Assembly (NCBI GenBank): GCA_027593305.1 | Contig: JAQCJA010000001.1 | Coordinates: 1-34,986, forward strand | Direction: 5' to 3' | Length of the DNA stretch: 34,986 nucleotides | Origin: a bacterium | Lineage (GTDB): Bacteria > Latescibacterota > UBA2968 > UBA8231 | In this document: piece after piece, positions 25,790 to 34,324 of the stretch | How positions within the stretch are numbered: the first letter of the stretch is position 1 | Layout: the number at the start of each line of letters is the position of its first letter | Translations under genes and position numbers: made by a program | The notes under the pieces: model-generated | Told to the model about the DNA's origin: nothing | Databases searched by the model: none | The model's input: the letters and a program-made list of their open reading frames with translations, nothing else

Positions 25790-28700
25790 ATGGAGTCGAT
25801 AGCAAACCCACCCGAAGGTCGTCACGCTGGTGTCACTGTGCGTGACGCACTCGCGCGTCTGTTTGTCATGGTGCTCGTGCTGACGGCAGCTTTGCCAGCC
25901 TCCGCCGAGGTCGATTACGAGGCCCTGCGGCAACTGGCACCGGAAGCACGACTGAAACAGACCGTTGGCTTCTTCTCCGGTCTCGGATCTCGAGTTGCCG
26001 GGTATCCCGGGGCAGAGCAGGCGGCCCTGCATGTGCACCGCCAGTTTCGTCACATCGACCTGCAGAACATCACTTTCCATAAGTATGATGTCTCCGTGCC
26101 CATCGACCACGGCGGCAATCTCAGCGTTGTCGGTGGCCCATCGGTACGTCTGCATGGCCTATGGCCCAATCTGGTACGGACGTCGACGTTGCCGGACGGT
26201 GGCATCGATGGTCGGTTGATCTGGGGCGGCAAGGGCGAGTTCGAGGATCTCGACGGCCAGCAGGTAGCTGGCAGTGTCGTCGTGCTCGACTTCAACTCAG
26301 GTGACAACTGGCTGAACACGGCCTACCTCGGTGCGTCCGCCGTTGTCTTCATCGAGCCCGATTCCACGGTATATCTCGAAGGTGAGAACAAATTCCTCAC
26401 CATGCCCCTCGACATGCCGAGGTTCTGGGTCAGCGAGAATGATGGTCGCGCACTTCGACGGGCGATCGACCGACGCAGTGGCACCGGCGACATCCAGGCG
26501 CACCTCGAATACCGCATGGACTGGGAGAGGAAGCCGGCATGGAACGTGATGGGGATGATCCCCGGCTACGATCCATTGCTCAAGGATGACGTCATTGTTC
26601 TGGAAGCCTACTATGACGCGATGTCCGTGGTGCCGTCCATTGCGCCTGGTGCCGAGCAGGCGGCTGGCATTACCGCACTGCTTGAGTTGGCACACTACTT
26701 CCGCGAACATCCACCGGCTCGATCGGTCCTGTTTCTGGCGACGTCGGCGCATCACCTCGCCCTGCGCGGCGTCGACGACTTCATCCAGCGGTACCTGCGC
26801 GATGAGGACCCCTTCATTGACCGCATGGTTGTGCGTCGGGTCGTCGAAGCGGCGCTGTCCCGGGGACTGATCGAAGTAGCCGCCGATGGCATCTCCTATC
26901 GCCTGGGCAACCAGATTTTCACCGGCAAGGAAGCGCTGGTTCGGCACGTGGCAGAGGACGACACGGTCCTCGTGCGCTCGATCATCGAATCATCCATTCG
27001 CGAAGGTGAAGGCCTCGTCAGCGAGACACCCGGTGCCTGGAGCGTGAGTTTTCGTGACGGCGCCCAGGTGAGCCAGAAGATGTTCGGCGATCGCGCCACC
27101 CTCGAGAAGGAACTCACTGACGACGAGGACCTGCGCCTCGGGTTCTATCGGGAGTGGGTGGATCCGAAAGTCGATTCTCTCAACATCAAGCTGTTCATCA
27201 GCCTTGATCTGTCGACCCAGACGGATGAGTTGGGTATCTGGAACAGCAATTCCAGCTTCTACTACAAGCGTTACTTTGCCCCCTTCGGCAAGAACTTCAT
27301 GGGCTATTCACGCCAGGTGAGCCGGGAGTTGGGCTACACCTTCGGTGACGTTCTCGTCAACGGCATCAGTCCCGAAGGTGGCAAGAGTTGGGAGACCTTT
27401 GTACCCGGCGAGATTTCCGTCAACAGCGAGTTGGTGCTGACGACAGGCACTCCGGCGCTGGCCTTTGTCACCGTCAACGACGCCAGGTTCCTCGTCGATA
27501 CGCCGCTGGATCGACCACAGAGTGTGCGCTACGACAACCTGGCTCGCCAGATTCGGGCTCTGGCGGGCATGTTCCACATGGCTTTCGAGGATCCTGAGTT
27601 GTTCCCTGACTTCAAGATGCGGCTCAAGGACACCCTGCGTTCGCTGAAAGCCAAGGCCATGGTTTTCCCCCGGCGCAGCATCGTGCCCGATCTGGCCAGG
27701 GCCGGTGCCGTCGGCGTCGTACGCAACGGCAAGAAGAAGTCCTACAAGGGTGTTCGCGGCGAGTACTTCGAGGTCGTAGATGGTGAGGGTGCATTCTATG
27801 TGAACCGCATCCGCGTCAACTCTGTCCAGGTGGAAGGCTACTACACCGACCCGGCAACCGGACACATCACTTACGCACCCGATCGTGGCATTCAGGGGGA
27901 CAAGTCCTACCCCATGAAGATCGCCATGGACTGGCGCGACAAGGAGTGGATGGTCGTCCTGTTTCCGTGTAAGGCATTCAACTTCTTTGACATCGTTGAT
28001 CCGCGATATCTGACAAAACTGTCGCAGGTATCCGTGTTTGATGAGACGAATACGGCCCCCGTGGAGTTCGGCTACACGATCGGTGAGGGGCCATCGGCTC
28101 AGGATGAGCCTGTCGGTGTGCTCTTCGCGCGCCCTGGTTCGCTGGTGAAAATGGGTTTTGGCGCGGGACTTCTTGGGTTTCGTTCGCTGCTGCTGAACGC
28201 GGACAATCCTGTTGACAAGGTCGAGGCCCTGGGCACGGGATATGCGATCGAGGACGAGACTTCCTTTGCCCGCACCTCCTATCTGGCGGCGCGCGACATG
28301 TGGACGCTGGATGAATCGCGGATGCGCGAGCTGGCAGGTTTCGCCATCAAGAACGAGCGTCTCAATGATCTTCATGGTAAGGCCAAGGGCGAGCTTGACT
28401 TGGGCGAGGCGGCATTCGCCGATAAGCAGTGGAGCCAGTTTGTGCGCCATACGCGAGCTGCCATCGGTCTCGAGTCCCGGGCCTATCCCGACGTCAAGGA
28501 CACCCAGAACGACGTCGTCCAGGGCATCATTTTCTTCATGGCTCTGGTCCTGCCCTGTGCCTATTTTGCCGAACGACTGTTGATCACGGCGGCGACGATT
28601 CAACGGCAGATCATGGGATTCGGCGGGATCTTCCTCGTCATCTGGGTGATCCTGTCCATCGTCCACCCGGCCTTCGAACTGTCGAACCCCTTTGTTATCC

Positions 28701-30655
28701 TGCTGGCATTCATCATTCTCGTGCTGGCGATTCTGGTGATGTGGATTATCGGGGGTCGTTTCAATGAACAGATGAAGAAGCTGCGCACGGAAGTGGCCGT
28801 GATCTACGATACGGACGTCAGCCGCTCCAGTGCCTCGATGACCGCGTTTCTGCTCGGCATTTCCAACATGAAACGCCGCAAGCTGCGGACTGTGCTGACG
28901 TTTTTTACCCTGCTGTTGCTGACTTTTACGGTGCTCTCCTTCACATCGATTCAGACATCGCTGCGCTTCAATCAGATCGAGCGGGACAATGAAGGCCTCT
29001 ATGAGGGGCTGCTCATACGCTCGAAGGCGTGGACGCCGCTGGAGGAATCGGTTCTGGAATACGCGCACAGCAATTTTGGTGACCGGGCATCCATCGCACC
29101 GCGCAGTTGGTACGACAACAAGAAAAAAGCGCACATCAAGATGAAGCACGGCCCGAACGCCCATAACGCACTGGGCGTTCTCGGTCTCACGCCGGAAGAG
29201 GCGGAGGTCACGGGCCTCGATCGGGCACTGATGGCGGGACGCTGGTTCCGTCCGGGCGAGGAAAAGGTCGTGATCCTGCCCAGCGAGATGATCGCTGCAG
29301 CAGCGCTCGACATCGACGCCGCCGACGTGGATCGCGGCGATGGCTCGGTGCAAATCCGGGTCTTCGGCGATGAGTTCACGGTGATTGGTGTCATCGACTC
29401 CAAACGGATGAAGGAGTTGAAGGACCTTGACGACGAGACCATGACACCTGCCGACTTTGCCGTCACGGGGGGACAGGCTGTACAGGAGATCGCCGAAGAG
29501 GAGCAGCGCGAGAAACAGGGACTGGAGGATTCTCAGGTGGTCATCAAGCCCTTCGTCCATCTGGAACCGGCCAACACCCTGCTCATGCCGTACCATTCGC
29601 TGCGCAAGGTCGGCAGTGGCAACCCGCTGCAGTCGGTCGGTGTTCGCTTCAACGAGGAAGTGGATGAACGTGCTGAGATCGAGACGTTCCTCTCCCGCCT
29701 GGCAGTTACCCTGTTCGCCGGAATTCAGGAGCGGGGCGACGATTACATCAAGGTGTCGATCTACAGTTCTCTCGGGATGACGTCCCTGTCGGGCATGGCC
29801 AATCTGTTCGTGCCGATCCTCATCGCCGCGCTTATCGTCCTGAATACGATGATGGGCTCCGTGTATGAGCGTTTCCGTGAAATCGGTGTCTACTCCTCCG
29901 TCGGCCTGGCACCCGGTCACATCGCCTGGCTGTTCATGGCCGAGTCGTGTGTTTACGCCGTCCTCGGGGTTGTCGCCGGCTATCTGGTTGGCCAGATCAT
30001 GGCCACGGTAATGACCAAGCTGGAGATCACCACGGGCTTCACGCTGAACTACTCGTCCCTCTCGGCGGTGCTCTCGTGTATCCTGGTGATGGCCGTCGTC
30101 ATGTTGTCCACCGTCTATCCGTCGCGCAAGGCGTCACAGATGGCGGTGCCCGACGTAACCCGTCGCTGGCGACTGCCGGTACCCGATGGCGACGATTGGC
30201 ATTTCGAGTTTCCCTTCACCGTCGGTGGTCGTGATGTTCTCGGCCTGAACGTGTTTCTCATGGGCTACTTCGACTCGTACAGCGAGGAGTCCATCGGTAC
30301 CTTCTACACCGATGGCGCCAAGCTGGGCACGATGGAGTCGGAATTTGGCGAGGGTTACACCATCGACATGAACATCTGGCTGGCTCCCTTCGATCTGGGG
30401 GTGAGTCAGCACGTTATCATTCGAGCCCTTCCTGAGGCGGAGCACAACATCTTCCAGATTCAACTCGACATCAAGAGACTCAGCGGCGAAGACGCCTCCT
30501 GGCGACGGGTCAACCAGAGATTCATGAATGTCATTCGTAAGCAGTTCCTCATCTGGCGCACCGTCGATGCAGACGCGAAGGAGATCTATCGCGAGCAGGC
30601 GGCGGCGCTACTGTCCGGGGAACAGCAAACCGTCTCTTCGGCAGGGGTGAGCTGA
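25790..30655 (+). CDS. giant envelope protein: signal peptide, PA + M28-fold (degenerate) ectodomain, 3 TM, FtsX/MacB-type permease module, cytoplasmic tail
   Basis: 1621 aa. Signal peptide LFVMVLVLTAALPASA. PA-like GRLIWGGKGEFEDLDGQQVAGSVVVLDF..AYLGASAVVFIEPD. M28-like NVMGMIPG..DVIVLEAYYDA..GAEQAAGITALLELAHYF..VLFLATSAHHLALRG. FtsX TM1 MKRRKLRTVLTFFTLLLLTFTVLSF, a periplasmic domain, then SVYERFREIGVYSSVGLAPGHIAWLFMAESCVYAVLGVVAGY. Confidence 0.9.
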   Translation: MESIANPPEGRHAGVTVRDALARLFVMVLVLTAALPASAEVDYEALRQLAPEARLKQTVGFFSGLGSRVAGYPGAEQAALHVHRQFRHIDLQNITFHKYDVSVPIDHGGNLSVVGGPSVRLHGLWPNLVRTSTLPDGGIDGRLIWGGKGEFEDLDGQQVAGSVVVLDFNSGDNWLNTAYLGASAVVFIEPDSTVYLEGENKFLTMPLDMPRFWVSENDGRALRRAIDRRSGTGDIQAHLEYRMDWERKPAWNVMGMIPGYDPLLKDDVIVLEAYYDAMSVVPSIAPGAEQAAGITALLELAHYFREHPPARSVLFLATSAHHLALRGVDDFIQRYLRDEDPFIDRMVVRRVVEAALSRGLIEVAADGISYRLGNQIFTGKEALVRHVAEDDTVLVRSIIESSIREGEGLVSETPGAWSVSFRDGAQVSQKMFGDRATLEKELTDDEDLRLGFYREWVDPKVDSLNIKLFISLDLSTQTDELGIWNSNSSFYYKRYFAPFGKNFMGYSRQVSRELGYTFGDVLVNGISPEGGKSWETFVPGEISVNSELVLTTGTPALAFVTVNDARFLVDTPLDRPQSVRYDNLARQIRALAGMFHMAFEDPELFPDFKMRLKDTLRSLKAKAMVFPRRSIVPDLARAGAVGVVRNGKKKSYKGVRGEYFEVVDGEGAFYVNRIRVNSVQVEGYYTDPATGHITYAPDRGIQGDKSYPMKIAMDWRDKEWMVVLFPCKAFNFFDIVDPRYLTKLSQVSVFDETNTAPVEFGYTIGEGPSAQDEPVGVLFARPGSLVKMGFGAGLLGFRSLLLNADNPVDKVEALGTGYAIEDETSFARTSYLAARDMWTLDESRMRELAGFAIKNERLNDLHGKAKGELDLGEAAFADKQWSQFVRHTRAAIGLESRAYPDVKDTQNDVVQGIIFFMALVLPCAYFAERLLITAATIQRQIMGFGGIFLVIWVILSIVHPAFELSNPFVILLAFIILVLAILVMWIIGGRFNEQMKKLRTEVAVIYDTDVSRSSASMTAFLLGISNMKRRKLRTVLTFFTLLLLTFTVLSFTSIQTSLRFNQIERDNEGLYEGLLIRSKAWTPLEESVLEYAHSNFGDRASIAPRSWYDNKKKAHIKMKHGPNAHNALGVLGLTPEEAEVTGLDRALMAGRWFRPGEEKVVILPSEMIAAAALDIDAADVDRGDGSVQIRVFGDEFTVIGVIDSKRMKELKDLDDETMTPADFAVTGGQAVQEIAEEEQREKQGLEDSQVVIKPFVHLEPANTLLMPYHSLRKVGSGNPLQSVGVRFNEEVDERAEIETFLSRLAVTLFAGIQERGDDYIKVSIYSSLGMTSLSGMANLFVPILIAALIVLNTMMGSVYERFREIGVYSSVGLAPGHIAWLFMAESCVYAVLGVVAGYLVGQIMATVMTKLEITTGFTLNYSSLSAVLSCILVMAVVMLSTVYPSRKASQMAVPDVTRRWRLPVPDGDDWHFEFPFTVGGRDVLGLNVFLMGYFDSYSEESIGTFYTDGAKLGTMESEFGEGYTIDMNIWLAPFDLGVSQHVIIRALPEAEHNIFQIQLDIKRLSGEDASWRRVNQRFMNVIRKQFLIWRTVDADAKEIYREQAAALLSGEQQTVSSAGVS
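25937..27590 (+). other. PA domain + M28-peptidase-like fold within the giant protein (approx. residues 50-600)
   Basis: Motif alignment by eye against the M28 consensus (see findings). A roughly 110-aa insert sits between the two M28 half-motifs. The second half reads LFISLDLS .. TGTPALAFVTVNDARFLVDTPLD. Confidence 0.55.
28850..30130 (+). other. FtsX/MacB-type four-TM permease module with periplasmic domain (approx. residues 1020-1447)
   Basis: TM1, a soluble loop of about 290 aa (ALMAGRWFRPGEEKVVILPSEM..VFGDEFTVIGVIDS), then TM2-4 with the conserved ER.REIG......G motif. Three extra TM helices (28514-28757) precede it, which gives a consistent in/out topology. Confidence 0.75.
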
Positions 30656-30658
30656 GCC

Positions 30659-33184
30659 ATGGCGAAGCGCAACGCCAATCAGGAAATCGAGGAATATCGT
30701 GACCTGATCGCGACGCCGACTGAGTTTGAAGACGGCTTCACGAGCAAGGCCATCATCGGTGTGCTGTTCGTCGCCTTTATCATGATTCCGGGGAACATGT
30801 ACCTCGGTCTCATGGTGGGTGGCTCGTTAGGGGCTGCAGCGGAGTGGGTGACCATCATCCTCTTTGCCGAGATCACCAAGCGGTCCTTCACATCCCTGTC
30901 CAAGCAGGAAGTCTACGTTCTCTACTACGTCGCAGCAGGTCTCATCGCCGCCGAAACGGGGGCTTTTGACGGTCTGCTGTGGAACCAGTATCTGGTACAG
31001 TCGCCGCCGGCGCAGCAGTTCGGTATCGCCAATCTGATACCCACCTGGTGGGCGCCGGCCATCGATTCGCCTGCCCTGTTGCAGCGCACCTTCCTGCACC
31101 GGGACTGGATCGTTCCCATCGGTCTTCTGTTGGCGAATTTCGTGATCTCGCGCGTGTCGTGGTTCACGATGGCTTACGTGCTGTTTCGGGTCAATTCCGA
31201 CTACGAGCGCCTGCCCTTTCCCTTTGCCCCGGTTGCGGCGCAGGGCGCCACGGCCCTGGCGGAGACGACTCAGGGCGTGGAATCCTGGCGTTGGCGGGTG
31301 TTTTCCGCCGGGGCTATGATCGGCATGGTTTTCGGTGTGCTCTATGTTGCGATTCCGGCCATCTCCGGGGCGCTGCTCACCGAGCCGATCCAGCTGATTC
31401 CCATCCCCTTCGTCGACTTCACACAAATAACAGGGAACTTCATCCCCGCCACGCCCCTGGGCTTTACGGCTCATCTTGGACCGATATTTGCAGGACTCGT
31501 GATGCCCTTCTGGGGCGTCATGGGCACCTTCATCGGCGTCGTCGCCCACTCCATCGCCAACCCGATCCTGTACGATCTGGGGTACCTGCAGATCTGGCAG
31601 CCGGGCATGGGAGCGATCGAGACATTCTTCGTCAACTCCGTCGACTTCTGGATGAGTTTCGGCATCGGCACGACAGCGGCGATCGCCATCATCGGCATCT
31701 ATCAGGTGGTGCAGGGGGTTCGTGGTGCTGCCGTGCACAAAGCATCTGGCGGCACCGGGCGCAGTTGGGAAGTGCCGCCCGGCCGCGGTGATTTTTCCAT
31801 CTGGGTGGCGTTGGGCCTCTATTGTGTGGCGTCGGCGGGGTTGATCTTCATCGCCTGGCTCTACCTGCCCGCCTTCTCTCAGTTCATCGGTTTCTTCCTG
31901 TTCTTCGCCCTCGTCTTCACGCCCTTCCAATCTTTCGTCAACGCCCGTCTCGTGGGCATGGTCGGGCAATCGATTTCGATCCCCTACGTCCGCGAAGCGA
32001 CGATCATTCTGTCCGGGTATCAGGGCGTCGATATCTGGTTCATGCCGTTCCCTCTTGGCAACTATGGCGCCCAGACGCAGAAATTTCGCGAGATTGAGCT
32101 TACGGGGACGAAGTTTACCAGCATCATCAAGGCCGAAGTCTGCATGGTGCCTGTCGTGTTGCTCGCGACATTCCTGTACTCATCCTACATCTGGAAGCTG
32201 GCGCCCATCCCGTCCGCCTCGTATCCCTTTGCACAGGTCATGTGGCGGCTTCGGGCTCTGCAGACGTGTATCTGGTTCACGGGCACGCTGAAGAGCGAAC
32301 TGCAGGTGGCGCCGGATCGTGCAGAAGCCACCTGGATTCCAGCGAATCTCGTCGAAGGGGACTGGTGGTACTGGCGCGTCCGCGCCGCTGACAGTGAGTG
32401 GGTGGAGTCCGGTGGTGCCAAGGGCGTCGCCGGCCCATGGTCGTCGACCGAGGCGTTCTATACCCATTTTGACGCCAGTGCACCGCAGAACGTGTCGCCC
32501 ATGCCTCCAGGTGCCCTGATGGGGGCTGACGTTTCCTCTGCCATCAATGGCCAGAAGAGCCCTTTCCCGGTCGAGGAGAATCGCGGGGCGCAAATTCATG
32601 TTCGTGGTCTCGGACCGGAAATGAGGGTCCTTCCCGGTGCTGCCGATCTGATCCGCGATGCCGTAGCTGACACCAGCCTGATCCGCGCCCTTGTTGCCGG
32701 GGCAGAGCCAGAAGTAGGCATTGCAGCCACACCGCGACCCGCACTCCGCGCCACCTCTGAGGCGGGCCTGCCCGAGGGCTGGGTCCACTATTTTGTCGTC
32801 GATACGGATCCGAATTTCTCCAGTCCATGGATTCAGCGATCGACGGATGAGCCGTGGCTGTTCCGTGCCATCAAGCCAAACATCATCGCCGCGGGAACCG
32901 TGATTGGCCTCGGCAGTTACATCCTGCTATCGGTCCTGGGGCTGCCGGTCTTGCTCGTGTTCGGGTATATCCGGTCTCTGACGGCGTTGCCGCACTGGAT
33001 GGTGACTGAGGTTATCGGGGCCATGCTCGCGCGCTACTACTTCAACAAGAAGTACGGAACCAAGCAGTGGCGTACCTATGCTCCGGTCCTGGCCGTGGGT
33101 TTCGCCTGCGGAATGGCGTTGATGGGAATGGCGTCCATCTCCATCGCGCTGATCCAGAAGTCCGTTTCCGTCCTCATCTTCTGA
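30659..33184 (+). CDS. polytopic membrane protein, possibly OPT-superfamily-like transporter, with ~190-aa soluble insert
   Basis: 841 aa, starting 3 nt after the giant gene. N-terminus FTSKAIIGVLFVAFIMIPGNMYLGLMVGGSLGAAAEWVTIILFAEITKR resembles OPT N-termini, but this is a weak call by eye. It has many TM helices. The soluble insert lies at about 32290-32865 and carries WWYWRVRAAD..GPWSS and HYFVVDTDPNFSSPW. Confidence 0.8.
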   Translation: MAKRNANQEIEEYRDLIATPTEFEDGFTSKAIIGVLFVAFIMIPGNMYLGLMVGGSLGAAAEWVTIILFAEITKRSFTSLSKQEVYVLYYVAAGLIAAETGAFDGLLWNQYLVQSPPAQQFGIANLIPTWWAPAIDSPALLQRTFLHRDWIVPIGLLLANFVISRVSWFTMAYVLFRVNSDYERLPFPFAPVAAQGATALAETTQGVESWRWRVFSAGAMIGMVFGVLYVAIPAISGALLTEPIQLIPIPFVDFTQITGNFIPATPLGFTAHLGPIFAGLVMPFWGVMGTFIGVVAHSIANPILYDLGYLQIWQPGMGAIETFFVNSVDFWMSFGIGTTAAIAIIGIYQVVQGVRGAAVHKASGGTGRSWEVPPGRGDFSIWVALGLYCVASAGLIFIAWLYLPAFSQFIGFFLFFALVFTPFQSFVNARLVGMVGQSISIPYVREATIILSGYQGVDIWFMPFPLGNYGAQTQKFREIELTGTKFTSIIKAEVCMVPVVLLATFLYSSYIWKLAPIPSASYPFAQVMWRLRALQTCIWFTGTLKSELQVAPDRAEATWIPANLVEGDWWYWRVRAADSEWVESGGAKGVAGPWSSTEAFYTHFDASAPQNVSPMPPGALMGADVSSAINGQKSPFPVEENRGAQIHVRGLGPEMRVLPGAADLIRDAVADTSLIRALVAGAEPEVGIAATPRPALRATSEAGLPEGWVHYFVVDTDPNFSSPWIQRSTDEPWLFRAIKPNIIAAGTVIGLGSYILLSVLGLPVLLVFGYIRSLTALPHWMVTEVIGAMLARYYFNKKYGTKQWRTYAPVLAVGFACGMALMGMASISIALIQKSVSVLIF

Positions 33185-33225
33185 CCAACGCGACCCGCTT
33201 CCATTCAATCCGACATCCTCCTGGT

Positions 33226-33253
33226 CCGGCCCGGTGCTGTTGCGCCGGGCCGG
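33226..33253 (+). other. GC-rich hairpin in the 90-nt spacer (attenuator, stabiliser or weak terminator)
   Basis: CCGGCCCGG-tgctgttgcg-CCGGGCCGG: a perfect 9-bp stem with a 10-nt loop and no U-tract. Confidence 0.3.
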
Positions 33254-33274
33254 CAGGATACCGTCTGTCTACCT

Positions 33275-34324
33275 ATGAATGATGCCCATCACGACTTCAG
33301 CTGGCAGGGGATCCGCCTGCGCGTCCCGGCCGAATGGGAATTGGGGCGCGTGGACGGCGATGCCAAATCCGGTTATGCCAGACTCGATGATGCACGTATG
33401 GTGCGCGCTGAAGTCGAGTGGCGCGCCGCGCCCGTCCGTGGCGCACGTCGACCTGTGTCGGATCTGGTGGATCGATACATCGAGCAACTGCAGAAGAAGG
33501 CAGACAAGTCGGGCATGGAGTTCTCGGTGCAGCGCCAGGCCCGGTTTCTGCGGGACAAGCGCTGGCTCGAGGGCAGTGAGTACGAGACTTTCATATGGGA
33601 AGCCGACTACCGCGCCTACAACCTCGCCCGTGCCTGTCCTGAGTGTCACCGCATCGTGCTCATGAGAGTGCTGGCACCGGTCGGCGAGAACGCCGAGGCT
33701 CTGGTCAATGAAGTGTTGCCGAGTCTGGAGGATCACCCGCGAGAGGCCGACGGGGGGCGCAACCTCTGGAGCGTGTATGGTATGCGCTTTCTGGCGCCCG
33801 TCGACTTTGAGTTGACCGAGTACGAGCTGAAGTCGGGGCATATACGGTTGACTTTCCAGAAGGACGGCGGCAATCGGACCCTGCGCATTCACCGCTTGAG
33901 TATGGCGCAGATGCTGTTGCGCGATCACGATCTGGAAGACTGGTACCCGTCCTTCTTCCGCAAGGACCTGCGGGACTTCCTCTTCACCGTGCACCCGGCC
34001 CGGATCAGCAACCACGCAGGGGTCCTCGTTCAGGGCGGACCAAGAAGCCGGTGGCGACAGATCCTGCGGCCCTTGCCCATGGTCAATCCACGCCCGCGGC
34101 GCTATCTGCAAGGCGCCGCCTGGCACTGCCCCGAACAGAATCGCATTTGTGTCGTTGAGCATCTCTCCAAGAAGCGACCGGAGGGAGAGGACGACTTCCT
34201 CAAGGAACTGATCGACGGATATGTTTGCCACACGGAACAAGCCACGTCTGACGCGCGACTCGATGATGAACTCGCGACCGGCCCGCAACGAGCTGCTGCA
34301 CTGGGAGAAGACGGAGACCGGTGA
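33275..34324 (+). CDS. hypothetical soluble protein made of two homologous halves, each with a CPEx[HN]RI motif
   Basis: 349 aa with an ATG start. Half 1: WQGIRLRVPAEWELGRVDGDAKSGYARL ... ACPECHRIVLMRV. Half 2: VYGMRFLAPVDFELTEYELKSGHIRL ... WHCPEQNRICVVEH. It is co-oriented with its neighbours. The 355-aa mirror ORF on the minus strand is rejected. Confidence 0.65.
   Translation: MNDAHHDFSWQGIRLRVPAEWELGRVDGDAKSGYARLDDARMVRAEVEWRAAPVRGARRPVSDLVDRYIEQLQKKADKSGMEFSVQRQARFLRDKRWLEGSEYETFIWEADYRAYNLARACPECHRIVLMRVLAPVGENAEALVNEVLPSLEDHPREADGGRNLWSVYGMRFLAPVDFELTEYELKSGHIRLTFQKDGGNRTLRIHRLSMAQMLLRDHDLEDWYPSFFRKDLRDFLFTVHPARISNHAGVLVQGGPRSRWRQILRPLPMVNPRPRRYLQGAAWHCPEQNRICVVEHLSKKRPEGEDDFLKELIDGYVCHTEQATSDARLDDELATGPQRAAALGEDGDR

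Noticed and set aside
28418-28425. GCCGATAA, a perfect sigma-28 -10 element
   Set aside because: It lies deep inside the giant CDS. There is no TAAA-type -35 at the right spacing and no downstream gene to serve.
27308-29920. 870-aa ORF on the minus strand inside the giant gene
   Set aside because: It shares the codon register of the sense gene. Its potential stops would therefore be the rare sense codons TTA, CTA and TCA, the classic GC-rich shadow ORF. The sense strand carries recognisable FtsX and M28/PA motifs. The antisense product is low-complexity (His/Gln/Arg/Asp-rich) with no motifs.
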